From the NCBI GenBank assembly GCA_919902765.1, contig CAKKRP010000043.1, positions 22,053-86,052 of the forward strand: a DNA stretch of 64,000 nucleotides, read 5' to 3'. The notes under the pieces were generated by a model, which searched no databases, was not told the origin of the DNA, and saw only the letters and a list, made by a program, of their open reading frames with translations. A program made the position numbers and the translations under genes. This document shows, one piece after another, positions 53,277 through 62,980 of this stretch. Source of the stretch: Gammaproteobacteria bacterium. Lineage in GTDB: Bacteria; Pseudomonadota; Gammaproteobacteria; S012-40. How positions within the stretch are numbered: position 1 is the stretch's first letter; the number at the start of each line of letters is the position of its first letter.

Positions 53277-53646
53277 GGCTTATCGGTCGTAGCAATGGAC
53301 GACTCCGTATCGTTTCACCGTTGAACACAATGAATTTTCCTAAATATGCGTCTGCGTCTCCTGCCAATTGCATCACCCATTGTGCCGGATCGCTGGGGCC
53401 ATAGGAATGTACCCGCAATAAAATAACGGCTGGCGGCGTGGGATGACCACGCACAAACACAAGTTCACCGTAATCCCGATCAAACGTCACCAGCCACCGT
53501 AGTTCGCGCGTCGCGCGCAATAATACCTCGCCATCGTCGATTCCCGGACAGGCTTCCGTGATGGAAACTACGTCATAACCGGCGACGCGGAGAAGCGTTA
53601 CCGACGGTGCCGGGAAATTTTCGTTAACCAATATCTTTACTGTCAT
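53263..53646 (-). CDS. DUF5615 PIN-like toxin (VapC45-type)
   Basis: KILVNENF, GYDV, DDGEV and LVTFDRDYGEL motifs. Confidence 0.85.
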   Translation of the reverse strand: MTVKILVNENFPAPSVTLLRVAGYDVVSITEACPGIDDGEVLLRATRELRWLVTFDRDYGELVFVRGHPTPPAVILLRVHSYGPSDPAQWVMQLAGDADAYLGKFIVFNGETIRSRPLLRPISHADD

Positions 53647-53882
53647 GAATTGACCTTGCCCACGGCTGCAAACGTTTCTTCCTTAAACAACTCGGCTGCG
53701 AATGCGATAGCCGCCAACACATCATCCCGCGAAAGATGTGGATAAGCCGCAAGGATTGTTTCCATCGTCCATCCATCCGCCAATCGGTCGAGAATCAACT
53801 CGACTGAAATGCGCGTGCCTTTGATCACAGGTTTACCGACTAGAATGTTCGCGTTTACTTCGATGTGGTTTTTCCATTGCAT
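53643..53882 (-). CDS. DUF433 antitoxin
   Basis: ILVGKPVIKGTRISV...ILAAYPHL...DVLAAIAFA. Confidence 0.9.
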   Translation of the reverse strand: MQWKNHIEVNANILVGKPVIKGTRISVELILDRLADGWTMETILAAYPHLSRDDVLAAIAFAAELFKEETFAAVGKVNS

Positions 53883-53991
53883 ATTCAACACTTCCTCGGA
53901 AGGGTGAGTTATGGGATAAATAAGACTCTATGGTCGCTAAATTTCACGTCTTTACTATTTACGGTAACGGCAACGCTATCCAACGGAAAAT

Positions 53992-54411
53992 TTATAGTGA
54001 GCGTTCGCCCCTACGGCCTTCGGTCACGCGGGTGTCGCGCATTTCTTCTATACACAAGGCTTGCGCGCACACTTGCACACGATCCCAATCTTCCACCTTC
54101 GGCTTGCCGCGTTTATATTCCACTGGGAAATAATGCAGCGGACTATTAGTCGCAGAATCGCCCGCCTCAATCTCCAGCAAATCCATTTTGCCGGTGAGTT
54201 GATATCGCTGCGAATTCAACATTACGCCGCGCTCATACCGCGTGCCGCGCCGTTGTTCCGCCACGCCGGAATCTACCCGCTCGTGCAATAGATTGCCTTC
54301 GGCGGTGTATTGGTTGTCTGCCCATGCCTGTTCTACGTGTATCAACGCAAACTGCCGGGTGCAGTAGGCGTAGTGTTGTAGGGCGGAGATGGCTACGTAG
54401 TCGGCCTCCAT
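53992..54411 (-). pseudogene. cas4: 3'-truncated cas4 copy
   Basis: 139 aa; matches Cas4 up to RVTEG then diverges; lacks the three C-terminal Cys. Confidence 0.85.
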
Positions 54412-54416
54412 GGGGA

Positions 54417-55295
54417 CTAAAAGCCGTCAATTTCCTCTGCAACTAATCCTTTTAACTCCTTTAGCATGTAGCTACCATCTGGATTCACAGTTAGTGAGTT
54501 ATGCACCTTTGCTGACGAGTATTGACCAGGTTTGGAGTTGTGCTTCCACCAAATTACCTTACTGACCGCCATAGAACCTTCAGGTCGTGCGGAAGAAGCA
54601 TCACCTTCAAATAACTTTGGCAATATCTCTTTAATAGTAAGAGCATCTTTGTCGCTAAATCCGGTACGATCTGCGAGCTGGGGCGTCATCGCGCCAAACG
54701 CCACATAGAACGCCTTATCGACACGATGTTTCATACCCATCGTATCTGAACCTTTTTTACTACCATCGCCTTCACCACTCACACTTTTGGTGATTTGTGT
54801 ACTGGTAATACTGATAGGCTCAACACTAAAAGCAGATTGAATAGTTACTGGCCCACGAATAGCAATAGAAATACCATTTGCACTTTCATCCTCCTTCCGT
54901 TCTTCCGAGTTCTTTTTCTTCGTTTTGGCATCACCTTTAAAGGCAAATAGCTGTCCAAATGCTCGAACATCGAACCACGTATTACAGGCTTGTTTTGCGG
55001 CATCTTCTGGTTTGGCGTTCTTGCTATTTAGCGCACCTTTTCCCAATACAGATTCCGCTCTTGCTTTCAGACTCATCATGCCATCTGTTTTTTTTTCATC
55101 CGATTGAACAAAAATAGCTTGTCCAACACTTTGTAAACGATCACGCAATTTTCGCTTTAAACAAACATCGGTCACCTCACCAAAGCCGTCGTAGTCCGTA
55201 CGTGGCCGATTACCGTTTAAGGGATCGCCATTCGGGTTAGCATTCTTAACATTAAAAATTATTGCAAAATCAATTTTGTTTGTGAGCGTAGCCAT
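54417..55295 (-). CDS. cas7: Cas7/Csd2 (I-C)
   Basis: NANPNGDP, TDVCLKRK, DVRAFGQ, DTMGMKH. Confidence 0.95.
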   Translation of the reverse strand: MATLTNKIDFAIIFNVKNANPNGDPLNGNRPRTDYDGFGEVTDVCLKRKLRDRLQSVGQAIFVQSDEKKTDGMMSLKARAESVLGKGALNSKNAKPEDAAKQACNTWFDVRAFGQLFAFKGDAKTKKKNSEERKEDESANGISIAIRGPVTIQSAFSVEPISITSTQITKSVSGEGDGSKKGSDTMGMKHRVDKAFYVAFGAMTPQLADRTGFSDKDALTIKEILPKLFEGDASSARPEGSMAVSKVIWWKHNSKPGQYSSAKVHNSLTVNPDGSYMLKELKGLVAEEIDGF

Positions 55296-57409
55296 TATTC
55301 ATCTCCTTCATGGGTTTCAGTTTCAGTTTCAGTATCAGTATCATCTTCGGTACTATCCTTTAGAATCCACTGACCCTCTTTCAACTTGTGCTCTCTAAGC
55401 CATTTTCGTTGGCAGTGAAATCCCAAAAGATACTCTCCTGTCAGCTTCTCATTAGAATTGAAATCTTTAATTTCAATAATCTCATGTACATCCTCAAGCA
55501 AACGTTTATAGGCTGCTTCCAGTGGTGGTATTTTACTTTTTAATCGTTGCTGATATGGAATAATTCCATTATGAATTGTCAACCAAGTAGCGGCTGGATA
55601 ATCAGAAAATCGCTGCATCAACCGATTCGCTGTCGTTGATCTATTTTCCTTGGCTATTCTGAGTGCCATTTCTTCAATGTGATCAGCAATAGCAAGTAAA
55701 CGACCATATAAATAGTCTCGCGAGTGATAAGAAGTTTCTAAAGCCATAGCATAATTTCTCCTTTTTGATAAATCTGGATGACGATTAAAAAATCCACGGT
55801 ACAATGCGCAGGCCACTCCCAAATCTTTCTCCCAAGCGGCTAATTCACTAGCCGTATTAGAATACTGACCTGAGAATCGCTTGACATTTCTGTTACTGAC
55901 ACGACGCACACAGGAATTGACAATGTCTATAGGAAACGCACGTTCCTCAATAATGCAAGGAAGTAATCGTTCTATCGTTGCGGATAATAATTTTTTCTTC
56001 TTATCATCTTCAACGGCCTTTCCAAATGCGGCTAAAACGATGTTTTTAGGTGCAGGCGCACTAACAGGCCAGATCGTCTTTGATATTGGCTTTTTACCAT
56101 CCGGTTGAGGCATATCAATGATATGACGTTGCTGCCAAGAAAAATCGAGATGCCAGCGCTCTAAACGATCTATAAATTCCTTCGCAAAACATTCACGATA
56201 GTAGGTAATACCCACACGCCCAGATGTTGCCGAGTCAATCGCCATAATCACGATACTTTCCATATCGCCTAACTCAGCACGATAGCCTGCCATCTTTTTA
56301 TTGAGCTTTAGTGCAAAAGATTGACCTAGGTCACGACCATGGTCAATATTGGCGGTGAGCTCTTCTACCTTCTCAGATGAATCAATCTCGTCAAGATCGT
56401 CCCAATCAAATAAGGTGTATGAGTCAGTCATGGGCTCAGGAATGGGCTTTCCTGAAACAGCCCAAGAAACAATTACCTGTTTGCCATTTTCATGGCCTTG
56501 CCTTCGAATTAACCATTTTAGAGCATTATGGCTTTTCTGTGTCGCTAACAAACCCACTCCAACAGCTTGTAGACCATCGCATTTGACACTGGCCTTTGTA
56601 TCGGTGAATCGACCAAGGAATGTATAACCTTCCATATCATTCGAAGAAATAAGCTTCGCATTGCCCGCAGCCCTAATGATTTTCGATGGATGATTTGATG
56701 CCAAAATGGTTTGCTTCCCCGTTACAAAACACAACCCTTCTACCCCGTCACTCAATGCATCAAAAGATGCCCAACTATCTTGTATAGATGTATCTAGCCA
56801 TGTATCACTAACAGGATCGCCTTCGATATACACAGACCAACAGACTAAAGCAGTTCCTTGATCAAAGGTCTTTGTTTCAATATCTTTTGAAATTGAATTA
56901 AATATCAATGGTTCAACATCAGACTTTAATTCATCTGCTGACTTAGGTGTTAGCAAACAACCATTATCATCCACAAATAGAATTTTCGCTTTAACTAAAT
57001 CTTCGATAACATTACCATTTTCAACATATTTCAATACAGCTTTCGCTTTTAGATGACCAAGTTGTGAGTCGCACCAACTTTTTAACAGAGTATGATATGC
57101 CTCAAAAAACGAAGGTTTCTTTCCGCCAAACTTTGGACTGTAGTCTTTGGCTACATATTGGAGCTTGTCTGCAAGTGGATGTGGTGGAGGTCGTTTTCCT
57201 GTACGCCCTGCTGATTTTTCAGTTGCAGGCAGAATTATTGGCGTTTTAGTCAGGACTTTTGCACTGATAAATTTTCCATTAATATCTATAGCTATATTGA
57301 TATTCGCATTCTGCTTGGAATGGCTTAATGGGATTAATTGTTGATCGTCTGGCAAGTTAAGTGATATTGCTTGTTCATAGGTTTCATATAGTTTCGCCAT
57401 CCAACTCAT
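55295..57409 (-). CDS. cas8c: Cas8c/Csd1
   Basis: MSWMAKLYETY, PHPLADKLQY, AKLIS, SRDYLYGRLLA, YLLGFHCQ. Confidence 0.92.
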   Translation of the reverse strand: MSWMAKLYETYEQAISLNLPDDQQLIPLSHSKQNANINIAIDINGKFISAKVLTKTPIILPATEKSAGRTGKRPPPHPLADKLQYVAKDYSPKFGGKKPSFFEAYHTLLKSWCDSQLGHLKAKAVLKYVENGNVIEDLVKAKILFVDDNGCLLTPKSADELKSDVEPLIFNSISKDIETKTFDQGTALVCWSVYIEGDPVSDTWLDTSIQDSWASFDALSDGVEGLCFVTGKQTILASNHPSKIIRAAGNAKLISSNDMEGYTFLGRFTDTKASVKCDGLQAVGVGLLATQKSHNALKWLIRRQGHENGKQVIVSWAVSGKPIPEPMTDSYTLFDWDDLDEIDSSEKVEELTANIDHGRDLGQSFALKLNKKMAGYRAELGDMESIVIMAIDSATSGRVGITYYRECFAKEFIDRLERWHLDFSWQQRHIIDMPQPDGKKPISKTIWPVSAPAPKNIVLAAFGKAVEDDKKKKLLSATIERLLPCIIEERAFPIDIVNSCVRRVSNRNVKRFSGQYSNTASELAAWEKDLGVACALYRGFFNRHPDLSKRRNYAMALETSYHSRDYLYGRLLAIADHIEEMALRIAKENRSTTANRLMQRFSDYPAATWLTIHNGIIPYQQRLKSKIPPLEAAYKRLLEDVHEIIEIKDFNSNEKLTGEYLLGFHCQRKWLREHKLKEGQWILKDSTEDDTDTETETETHEGDE

Positions 57410-58110
57410 AGTTGCGCCTCCTCTGTATCGACCGCTACTAGGTTTTCACCCTCAGCAAAAAATTTACCTATCATCGGCCGCACGAAACGACGTACTTTGC
57501 AGGCACTAGGATGCGGAAACTCCAATACACCGCGTTTCATCGTGGCGTACCAAAAGCGGCTATGTAACTCATTAATACCAGTTTCATCGGGATAATCAAA
57601 ACCGTGAAACATTAAACCAAAACCTAACTCATCAATCGCATCGTATGCGCCTTTTCCCCCGCCAAACTCACATGGCTCCACGTAAGCTTGACAGTCGCGT
57701 GTACCCAAGAAAATATCCTGGCGACCGCCTTTTTCCAGCATACGGGTAGCAATACTAAAATGCTTACCATCAACCCGATCTTTGGCAAGCTCTGGTCTAT
57801 GTTCATTCCATTCAAAATGGGCTTCGACCTGATATTCCACCTCATGCAAAAAAGTATAAATAGCCAGGCTGTTACCTCCGTTCCACACCAAAGGTTTGGT
57901 GCCCTTCGTTTGGGTGCGCAATGGTGCCATAACACGCACTTTATCGACATACCAAATTATCGTTGGCTTCCAGTAAATGGATTTGAGCACGCCTTTTATT
58001 GCCTCGTAAGTTGGCACATGGTAAGAACATTTTTCGCCTCCTATTTTAGTAATAGGATCGGTGAATAACGCATACCGACCCCATAGTCTAAAGCTAATAC
58101 TATTTTTCAT
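57406..58110 (-). CDS. cas5: Cas5 (Cas5d, I-C)
   Basis: WGRYALFTDP, SYHVPTYEA, IYWKP, FLGTRDC. Confidence 0.95.
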   Translation of the reverse strand: MKNSISFRLWGRYALFTDPITKIGGEKCSYHVPTYEAIKGVLKSIYWKPTIIWYVDKVRVMAPLRTQTKGTKPLVWNGGNSLAIYTFLHEVEYQVEAHFEWNEHRPELAKDRVDGKHFSIATRMLEKGGRQDIFLGTRDCQAYVEPCEFGGGKGAYDAIDELGFGLMFHGFDYPDETGINELHSRFWYATMKRGVLEFPHPSACKVRRFVRPMIGKFFAEGENLVAVDTEEAQL

Positions 58111-58122
58111 CTCTGCTTCTCC

Positions 58123-60573
58123 TCAACAGATATTGCTGCTTAGCTTGCCTACCGGTTCGGTTGATAGACCAAAATCATCGCTGTAATAACGCTCATCCAA
58201 GAAATAGACGCCTTCTCCTTGAATTTCATATAGGGCATTTTCATCTTTAAGCGCATTCCATACATTTGGAAATATGTTTACACTATACTTTTGCGCTTTC
58301 CTGAGCAAAGCGTAATAGCGGTGGGCGTCAAACTCTTTCGCAATAGCGCATAGTTCAGTAACTAAGTGCTTGCCGTCACCATACTGAACAATAACCGAAT
58401 GCGTGGGTGCGTCTATGGCTTTAAACGCGTTGCCAGCAGTCATGAAAGATTGTTGAAGCAAAGGTAGTTTTGGAAAGCGATATTGATATGCCGGGTTAAA
58501 TTGGTTGCCACAGAGCAGATTAAGCAGCGAGTCGTTGCGAGATGCTTGCTTGGCGGATAGCGGATAATCCATTTCATTAGCTCGATCATAAAAGTAGTAT
58601 TGGAAATACCGCTTAATTTTTTCTGGCGCGAGTAAATCACCGTCTTGTAGTTCACTGAACACCCTCAATGTTTTTTCTTGTCCGACTTTAATGTCTTTGA
58701 GCAAGTCGATATTTTCCGTTATTGGGTTTATTACATAGACGGTCGCGGTCGGTAGATTTCCGCTACGATTGCAGCGCCCAGCAGCTTGAGCTATTGAATC
58801 GAGGCCTGCAAGAAAACGAATGACACTGGCAAAGTCGATATCAACTCCAGCCTCAATTAGTTGGGTGCTTATGCACAATACCGGCAACTGTTGGTATAAT
58901 CTTTCGCGTATTTTATCGAGCAAATGTTTTCGATGCGCTGGACACTGGTTTGTACTTAAATGAAATAGCGCGTCTTCGGGAATTTCAAACTGACAAAGTA
59001 AATATAAGCACTGTGCCCATGCCTTGGTATTTACTATGACCAAGCAGCTATTTTTTATCGTGAACTCACTTATCGCTAGCGCAACGATTTCTTCTTCCGT
59101 CCAACCATCAGTCTTAATGTTATTAATGATATTTACACGTTTTAGATCTTTAAATAGCTGGCCTACATCTCCAATGATTTCATTTTCTTTCGAGATAAAC
59201 AACTGACCTTTGTTAGGTACCCTTAGTTCGTCAAGCAATGGCTGTGTGGCCGTGCAAAGTACAGTGGTTGTTTTCGCGTATTCAGTCAAAAAATTGATGG
59301 CGTTACAAAATATGTGCGTACAATTGATGGGTAAGGTTTGTATCTCGTCAAAAATTAGTACACTGTTGGCGAGTTGGTGCAATCGCCTGACGCCGCGAGT
59401 GCCCCCACTAAATAAAGTTTCTAATAACTGAACCATAGTAGTTAGTATGATAGGGGAATCCCAGTTGTCGGATACTAGCTTGTTGTGCCAAGTTTGGTTT
59501 TCTGGATCAAGATTGGAATGGTGTTCCAAAACCCAAGGGAACTCGTCGCTCTTGTCTTCGATTACCTTGCGAATCGCATCCGCATTTTGTTCGATAATCG
59601 AGGTATACGGGATGATATAGATAATTCGATCAAGTTTATGGAAATATGCGTGATGTAGGGCGAAGCGTAAGCTGGCGTAAGTTTTACCCCCGCCTGTAGG
59701 TACTGTTAACGTATAAATGCCTTGTTTTTTCTTCGCGTTGGCGTAGCAACTGTCCGAAATATCACGTCGGATATGATCTATAGGAGTACTACTTGCAAGA
59801 TTAAGCAAACTGTCTTCTAACCGCTCAATAGCTACTGACCAGGGTACCGTTTTCCTATTGCGGACATATGCATTTTCAGGAGTTTCAAAGTCTGCGCTAT
59901 TAATGCGATCTGCGTCAATTAGACAACTAAATAGAAAACGGGAAAAAAAACCGAGATAGAAAGCATGAATATTGTCGCTAATATTTTGGCCGTGTTGTTC
60001 GGTGCGCAGTATATTTTTTATTATTTCTATCATTTGAGTTATTAGTTTTTTCCCAGCGAGTTGGCCTGCCATCGTAAGCACAGCGTCATTCGCGTTCTCC
60101 ATGCATTCTGTAAAATTGGTTTTATTATCTGCTTTTTTCATTCTCTCGATAAAGCCATTTCCACCTTCAGGCTTTAAGCAATCGATTATCCCACTATGGT
60201 GAGAGGCGATGCACAACGCGAGAATCTGTCCGCAAAGTTCCCCTTGGCCGTTCTTGCCATATTGTCTTAGATTGTTCCATACCCATTGTGCGCCAGCGCT
60301 TGAGTGATCAATTTTACCTTTTAGTTCTTTCGCGTCTACGTAGTTATCATCAATGTCGGGATTTAGTTTGCCTGTCGCGGATTCAATGTAATCCTGGAAT
60401 GCTCGACTATATTTACCAAAGTCATGCATGAGGCCGAGGAGTTGACCGGCGTCATACAAACCTATCTTGGCAGTTAGAGAGGCGGTAAGACTTGAAACCC
60501 CAAATAAATGCTGCTCAAGTGTTTGTTCTTTCTTGTCAGTAGTCCGTATGTGGGCAACATAGCTTTTTTTCAT
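58123..60573 (-). CDS. cas3: Cas3 HD nuclease-helicase
   Basis: HDFGK, PTGGGKT, DEIQ, QAAGRCNR. Confidence 0.95.
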   Translation of the reverse strand: MKKSYVAHIRTTDKKEQTLEQHLFGVSSLTASLTAKIGLYDAGQLLGLMHDFGKYSRAFQDYIESATGKLNPDIDDNYVDAKELKGKIDHSSAGAQWVWNNLRQYGKNGQGELCGQILALCIASHHSGIIDCLKPEGGNGFIERMKKADNKTNFTECMENANDAVLTMAGQLAGKKLITQMIEIIKNILRTEQHGQNISDNIHAFYLGFFSRFLFSCLIDADRINSADFETPENAYVRNRKTVPWSVAIERLEDSLLNLASSTPIDHIRRDISDSCYANAKKKQGIYTLTVPTGGGKTYASLRFALHHAYFHKLDRIIYIIPYTSIIEQNADAIRKVIEDKSDEFPWVLEHHSNLDPENQTWHNKLVSDNWDSPIILTTMVQLLETLFSGGTRGVRRLHQLANSVLIFDEIQTLPINCTHIFCNAINFLTEYAKTTTVLCTATQPLLDELRVPNKGQLFISKENEIIGDVGQLFKDLKRVNIINNIKTDGWTEEEIVALAISEFTIKNSCLVIVNTKAWAQCLYLLCQFEIPEDALFHLSTNQCPAHRKHLLDKIRERLYQQLPVLCISTQLIEAGVDIDFASVIRFLAGLDSIAQAAGRCNRSGNLPTATVYVINPITENIDLLKDIKVGQEKTLRVFSELQDGDLLAPEKIKRYFQYYFYDRANEMDYPLSAKQASRNDSLLNLLCGNQFNPAYQYRFPKLPLLQQSFMTAGNAFKAIDAPTHSVIVQYGDGKHLVTELCAIAKEFDAHRYYALLRKAQKYSVNIFPNVWNALKDENALYEIQGEGVYFLDERYYSDDFGLSTEPVGKLSSNIC

Positions 60574-60647
60574 AACCAGTAATTTTCCGATATACGTGAA
60601 CCCAATTTCGCATGATATGAATGTAGTCCCAGATCACGCCGATTTTT

Positions 60648-60810
60648 GTAACTATTCAGCATGTGACCCTCCCCCTTTGTAAAAGGGGGATAGAGGGGGA
60701 TTTAATCCCTCTGCGCACTGATTTTATCGAGAAAAGTGGCAGCAAATCCCCCCTCGCCCCCCTTTTTCAAAGGGGGGACACTCAATATCGAGTATGTGCT
60801 GAATAGTTAC
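60648..60810. mobile_element. 163-bp MITE, probably IS66-family-derived
   Basis: 14-bp TIR GTAACTATTCAGCA/TGCTGAATAGTTAC; 8-bp target duplication CGATTTTT (60640-47, 60811-18); internal CCCCCTTT...AAAGGGGG hairpins. Confidence 0.85.
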
Positions 60811-61222
60811 CGATTTTTTTCAAAGATAGAATTTCCCTACGCTATCCACAAGAGGCCGCGAAGTCCAATATTATGTCAATGAGATACTCCAACGCCACCC
60901 CCCCAACCAATATTAGTCTTTCCAAACAACAATGCCAAGCCCATGTTAGGAGCATTTATACATATCCTGTGAACACGCTTCCGCCCTTCCCCACACCACT
61001 CGCTTGGAGAAACCTGGATATTTAGAAACGCAACATATCACAAAATGCCGCGCTGTTAGCGCGCGGATATAAAATGTAGAGTGAGTCTAATCGGAGGAAT
61101 CGAGAGGCGTGTTAATAATAAAACTATTGCCGTACGCTGATTGGCGGGCTGCGCAAAAAACGCAACCCACCGAATATAACTCAGCAATTCATTAACTTAT
61201 TACACTGGGGTGTGAGAGGCGC

Positions 61223-61963
61223 TTACAACAACGGAATCGTCATTTCCAATAAATGTCGCACGTCTTCCATGCCGACTTTTAAATTGCTTTCGATTTGTTC
61301 CATTGTTAATGCTTGGTCGCCCCGCCCCGCCCCCATGTTGGCGATGACCGCGCATGTCGCATAACAAAGCGCTAATTCGCGCGCCAAGGCGGCTTCGGGC
61401 ATGCCTGTCATCCCTACGATATCGCAACCGTCGCGTTCCAGCCGGTTGATTTCAGCGGCGGTTTCCAAGCGTGGCCCTTGCGTCGCGGCGTAGATTCCGC
61501 GCGGTGCGGTATTCAAACCCAATTGACCGCTTGCTTGCAACAAGACTTGACGTAACTCTTCGCAATACGGTGTCGTGAAATCGATATGCACCACTTGTTT
61601 TAAACTGTCTTCAAAAAACGTGGTGCCGCGTCCCCAGGTGTAATCGATAATTTGATCGGGGACGACCAAACGGCCCGGGGTCAGATCCGCGTGTATGCCA
61701 CCGACGGCGGCGACCGCAATCACTTTTTTTACGCCTACTTCTTTTAACGCATAGACATTCGCGCGATAATTTATTTTGTGCGGCGGTATCGTATGGCCGG
61801 GCCCGTGACGCGGCAAGAACACCACTTGTTTATCCGCCAGCGAACCATAAACCAACGGCCCGGACGGCTCGCCATACGGTGTATGCACGACTTCACGCCG
61901 TAATATTTTCAAATTGTGCAACGACGTGAGCCCTGTCCCGCCGATAATCGCGATTTCAGCCAT
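61223..61963 (-). CDS. mtnP: S-methyl-5'-thioinosine/thioadenosine phosphorylase
   Basis: IIGGTG, LPRHG, PPHKINYRAN, GPRLETAAE, VGMTGMPEA. Confidence 0.9.
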   Translation of the reverse strand: MAEIAIIGGTGLTSLHNLKILRREVVHTPYGEPSGPLVYGSLADKQVVFLPRHGPGHTIPPHKINYRANVYALKEVGVKKVIAVAAVGGIHADLTPGRLVVPDQIIDYTWGRGTTFFEDSLKQVVHIDFTTPYCEELRQVLLQASGQLGLNTAPRGIYAATQGPRLETAAEINRLERDGCDIVGMTGMPEAALARELALCYATCAVIANMGAGRGDQALTMEQIESNLKVGMEDVRHLLEMTIPLL

Positions 61964-62510
61964 GTTCTTTTACCGCGTAAATTCCTGCAATATTGCGTAA
62001 ATAACCCTTGTAGTCCATTCCATAACCGAAAACATAGCGATCCGGCACCATCAATCCGTTAAAATCGGCGTTTTGCAGCGTGTCGCGCGTACGATCTTTG
62101 GTGACCAGCACGGCGGTATAAATCGCGCCGGCGTGTGCGCGTTGGCAGTCTTCTACGATGGCCGCCAAGGTGCGACCTTCGTCTAAAATATCATCCACCA
62201 ACAACACCACGCGATCACGCAGCGCTTGGCGCGGTCGCGCGATCCATTGTAATTCACCGCCGCTCGTCGCCTTGCCATAACGCGTGGCGTGGAGATAATC
62301 TATTTCCAACGGAAAATTCAAACGCAACAATAATTGCGCCGCAGGTATCAGCGCACCGGTCATTACGCATAGCACTAAGGGATTTTTATCGCCGATTTTG
62401 GCGGTAATTTCCTGCGCCATTCGATCGAGGGCCGCCTCGATTTGCGGTGCGGTGTGTAGACAATCCGCCTGGCGATAAACTCGCCAAGCCTCTTCAGGTG
62501 TGGTTGACAT
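61956..62510 (-). CDS. Hypoxanthine-guanine phosphoribosyltransferase
   Basis: VLLVDDILDEGRTL PRPP motif; YVFGYGMDY. Confidence 0.9.
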   Translation of the reverse strand: MSTTPEEAWRVYRQADCLHTAPQIEAALDRMAQEITAKIGDKNPLVLCVMTGALIPAAQLLLRLNFPLEIDYLHATRYGKATSGGELQWIARPRQALRDRVVLLVDDILDEGRTLAAIVEDCQRAHAGAIYTAVLVTKDRTRDTLQNADFNGLMVPDRYVFGYGMDYKGYLRNIAGIYAVKEHG

Positions 62511-62521
62511 GTGAACGCTGT

Positions 62522-62890
62522 TTAATAGGTGAAGGTTACGGTGTCGTCGTCCATGGCTTCGCTAATCACATAAGCACCGCCGACGGTCTCATCGATTTCG
62601 GGTATCAAATCATCGCCCCACAAGTCCAATGTAGGAGTGCATACTTTAAATTTTACACCCGCACTGTGCGCATCTTGCATAAAATCATAAACGCTTTTCG
62701 GACTGCCTTTTTGGATATAGATTTTTTCCGCTACGCCTTTTTTGGCGAGCTCTCCTGCACGTCCCGTCAGGACGATTTCGACATCGAATTCCATCGCCGC
62801 CGCGACCGTCGCTTGAAAAAACGGCGCGCCCAATTCCGAGGGGTTGGAAGGATCCGTATTGACCATTATTATCAATAACTTATTCGCCAT
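62522..62890 (-). CDS. DsrE/peroxiredoxin-like family protein
   Basis: APFFQATVAAAM, GVKFKVC, VGGAY. Confidence 0.75.
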   Translation of the reverse strand: MANKLLIIMVNTDPSNPSELGAPFFQATVAAAMEFDVEIVLTGRAGELAKKGVAEKIYIQKGSPKSVYDFMQDAHSAGVKFKVCTPTLDLWGDDLIPEIDETVGGAYVISEAMDDDTVTFTY

Positions 62891-62980
62891 AATTGACTCC
62901 AGTTCGAGCACCTTCCCGCAGTCCCTTGCGGCCAGGCATTATAACGTAATTCGAGTCCGGCACGCGCCACGCAAGTGTCT

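Larger units (their letters stand above)
52878..54324. repeat. 309-bp direct repeat (52878-53186 and 54016-54324)
   Basis: Identical cas4 core sequence in both copies by direct comparison. Confidence 0.9.

Noticed and set aside
60860..60881. TATTATGTCAA XerD-like half site
   Set aside because: No recognisable XerC arm; plausible by chance in AT-rich DNA
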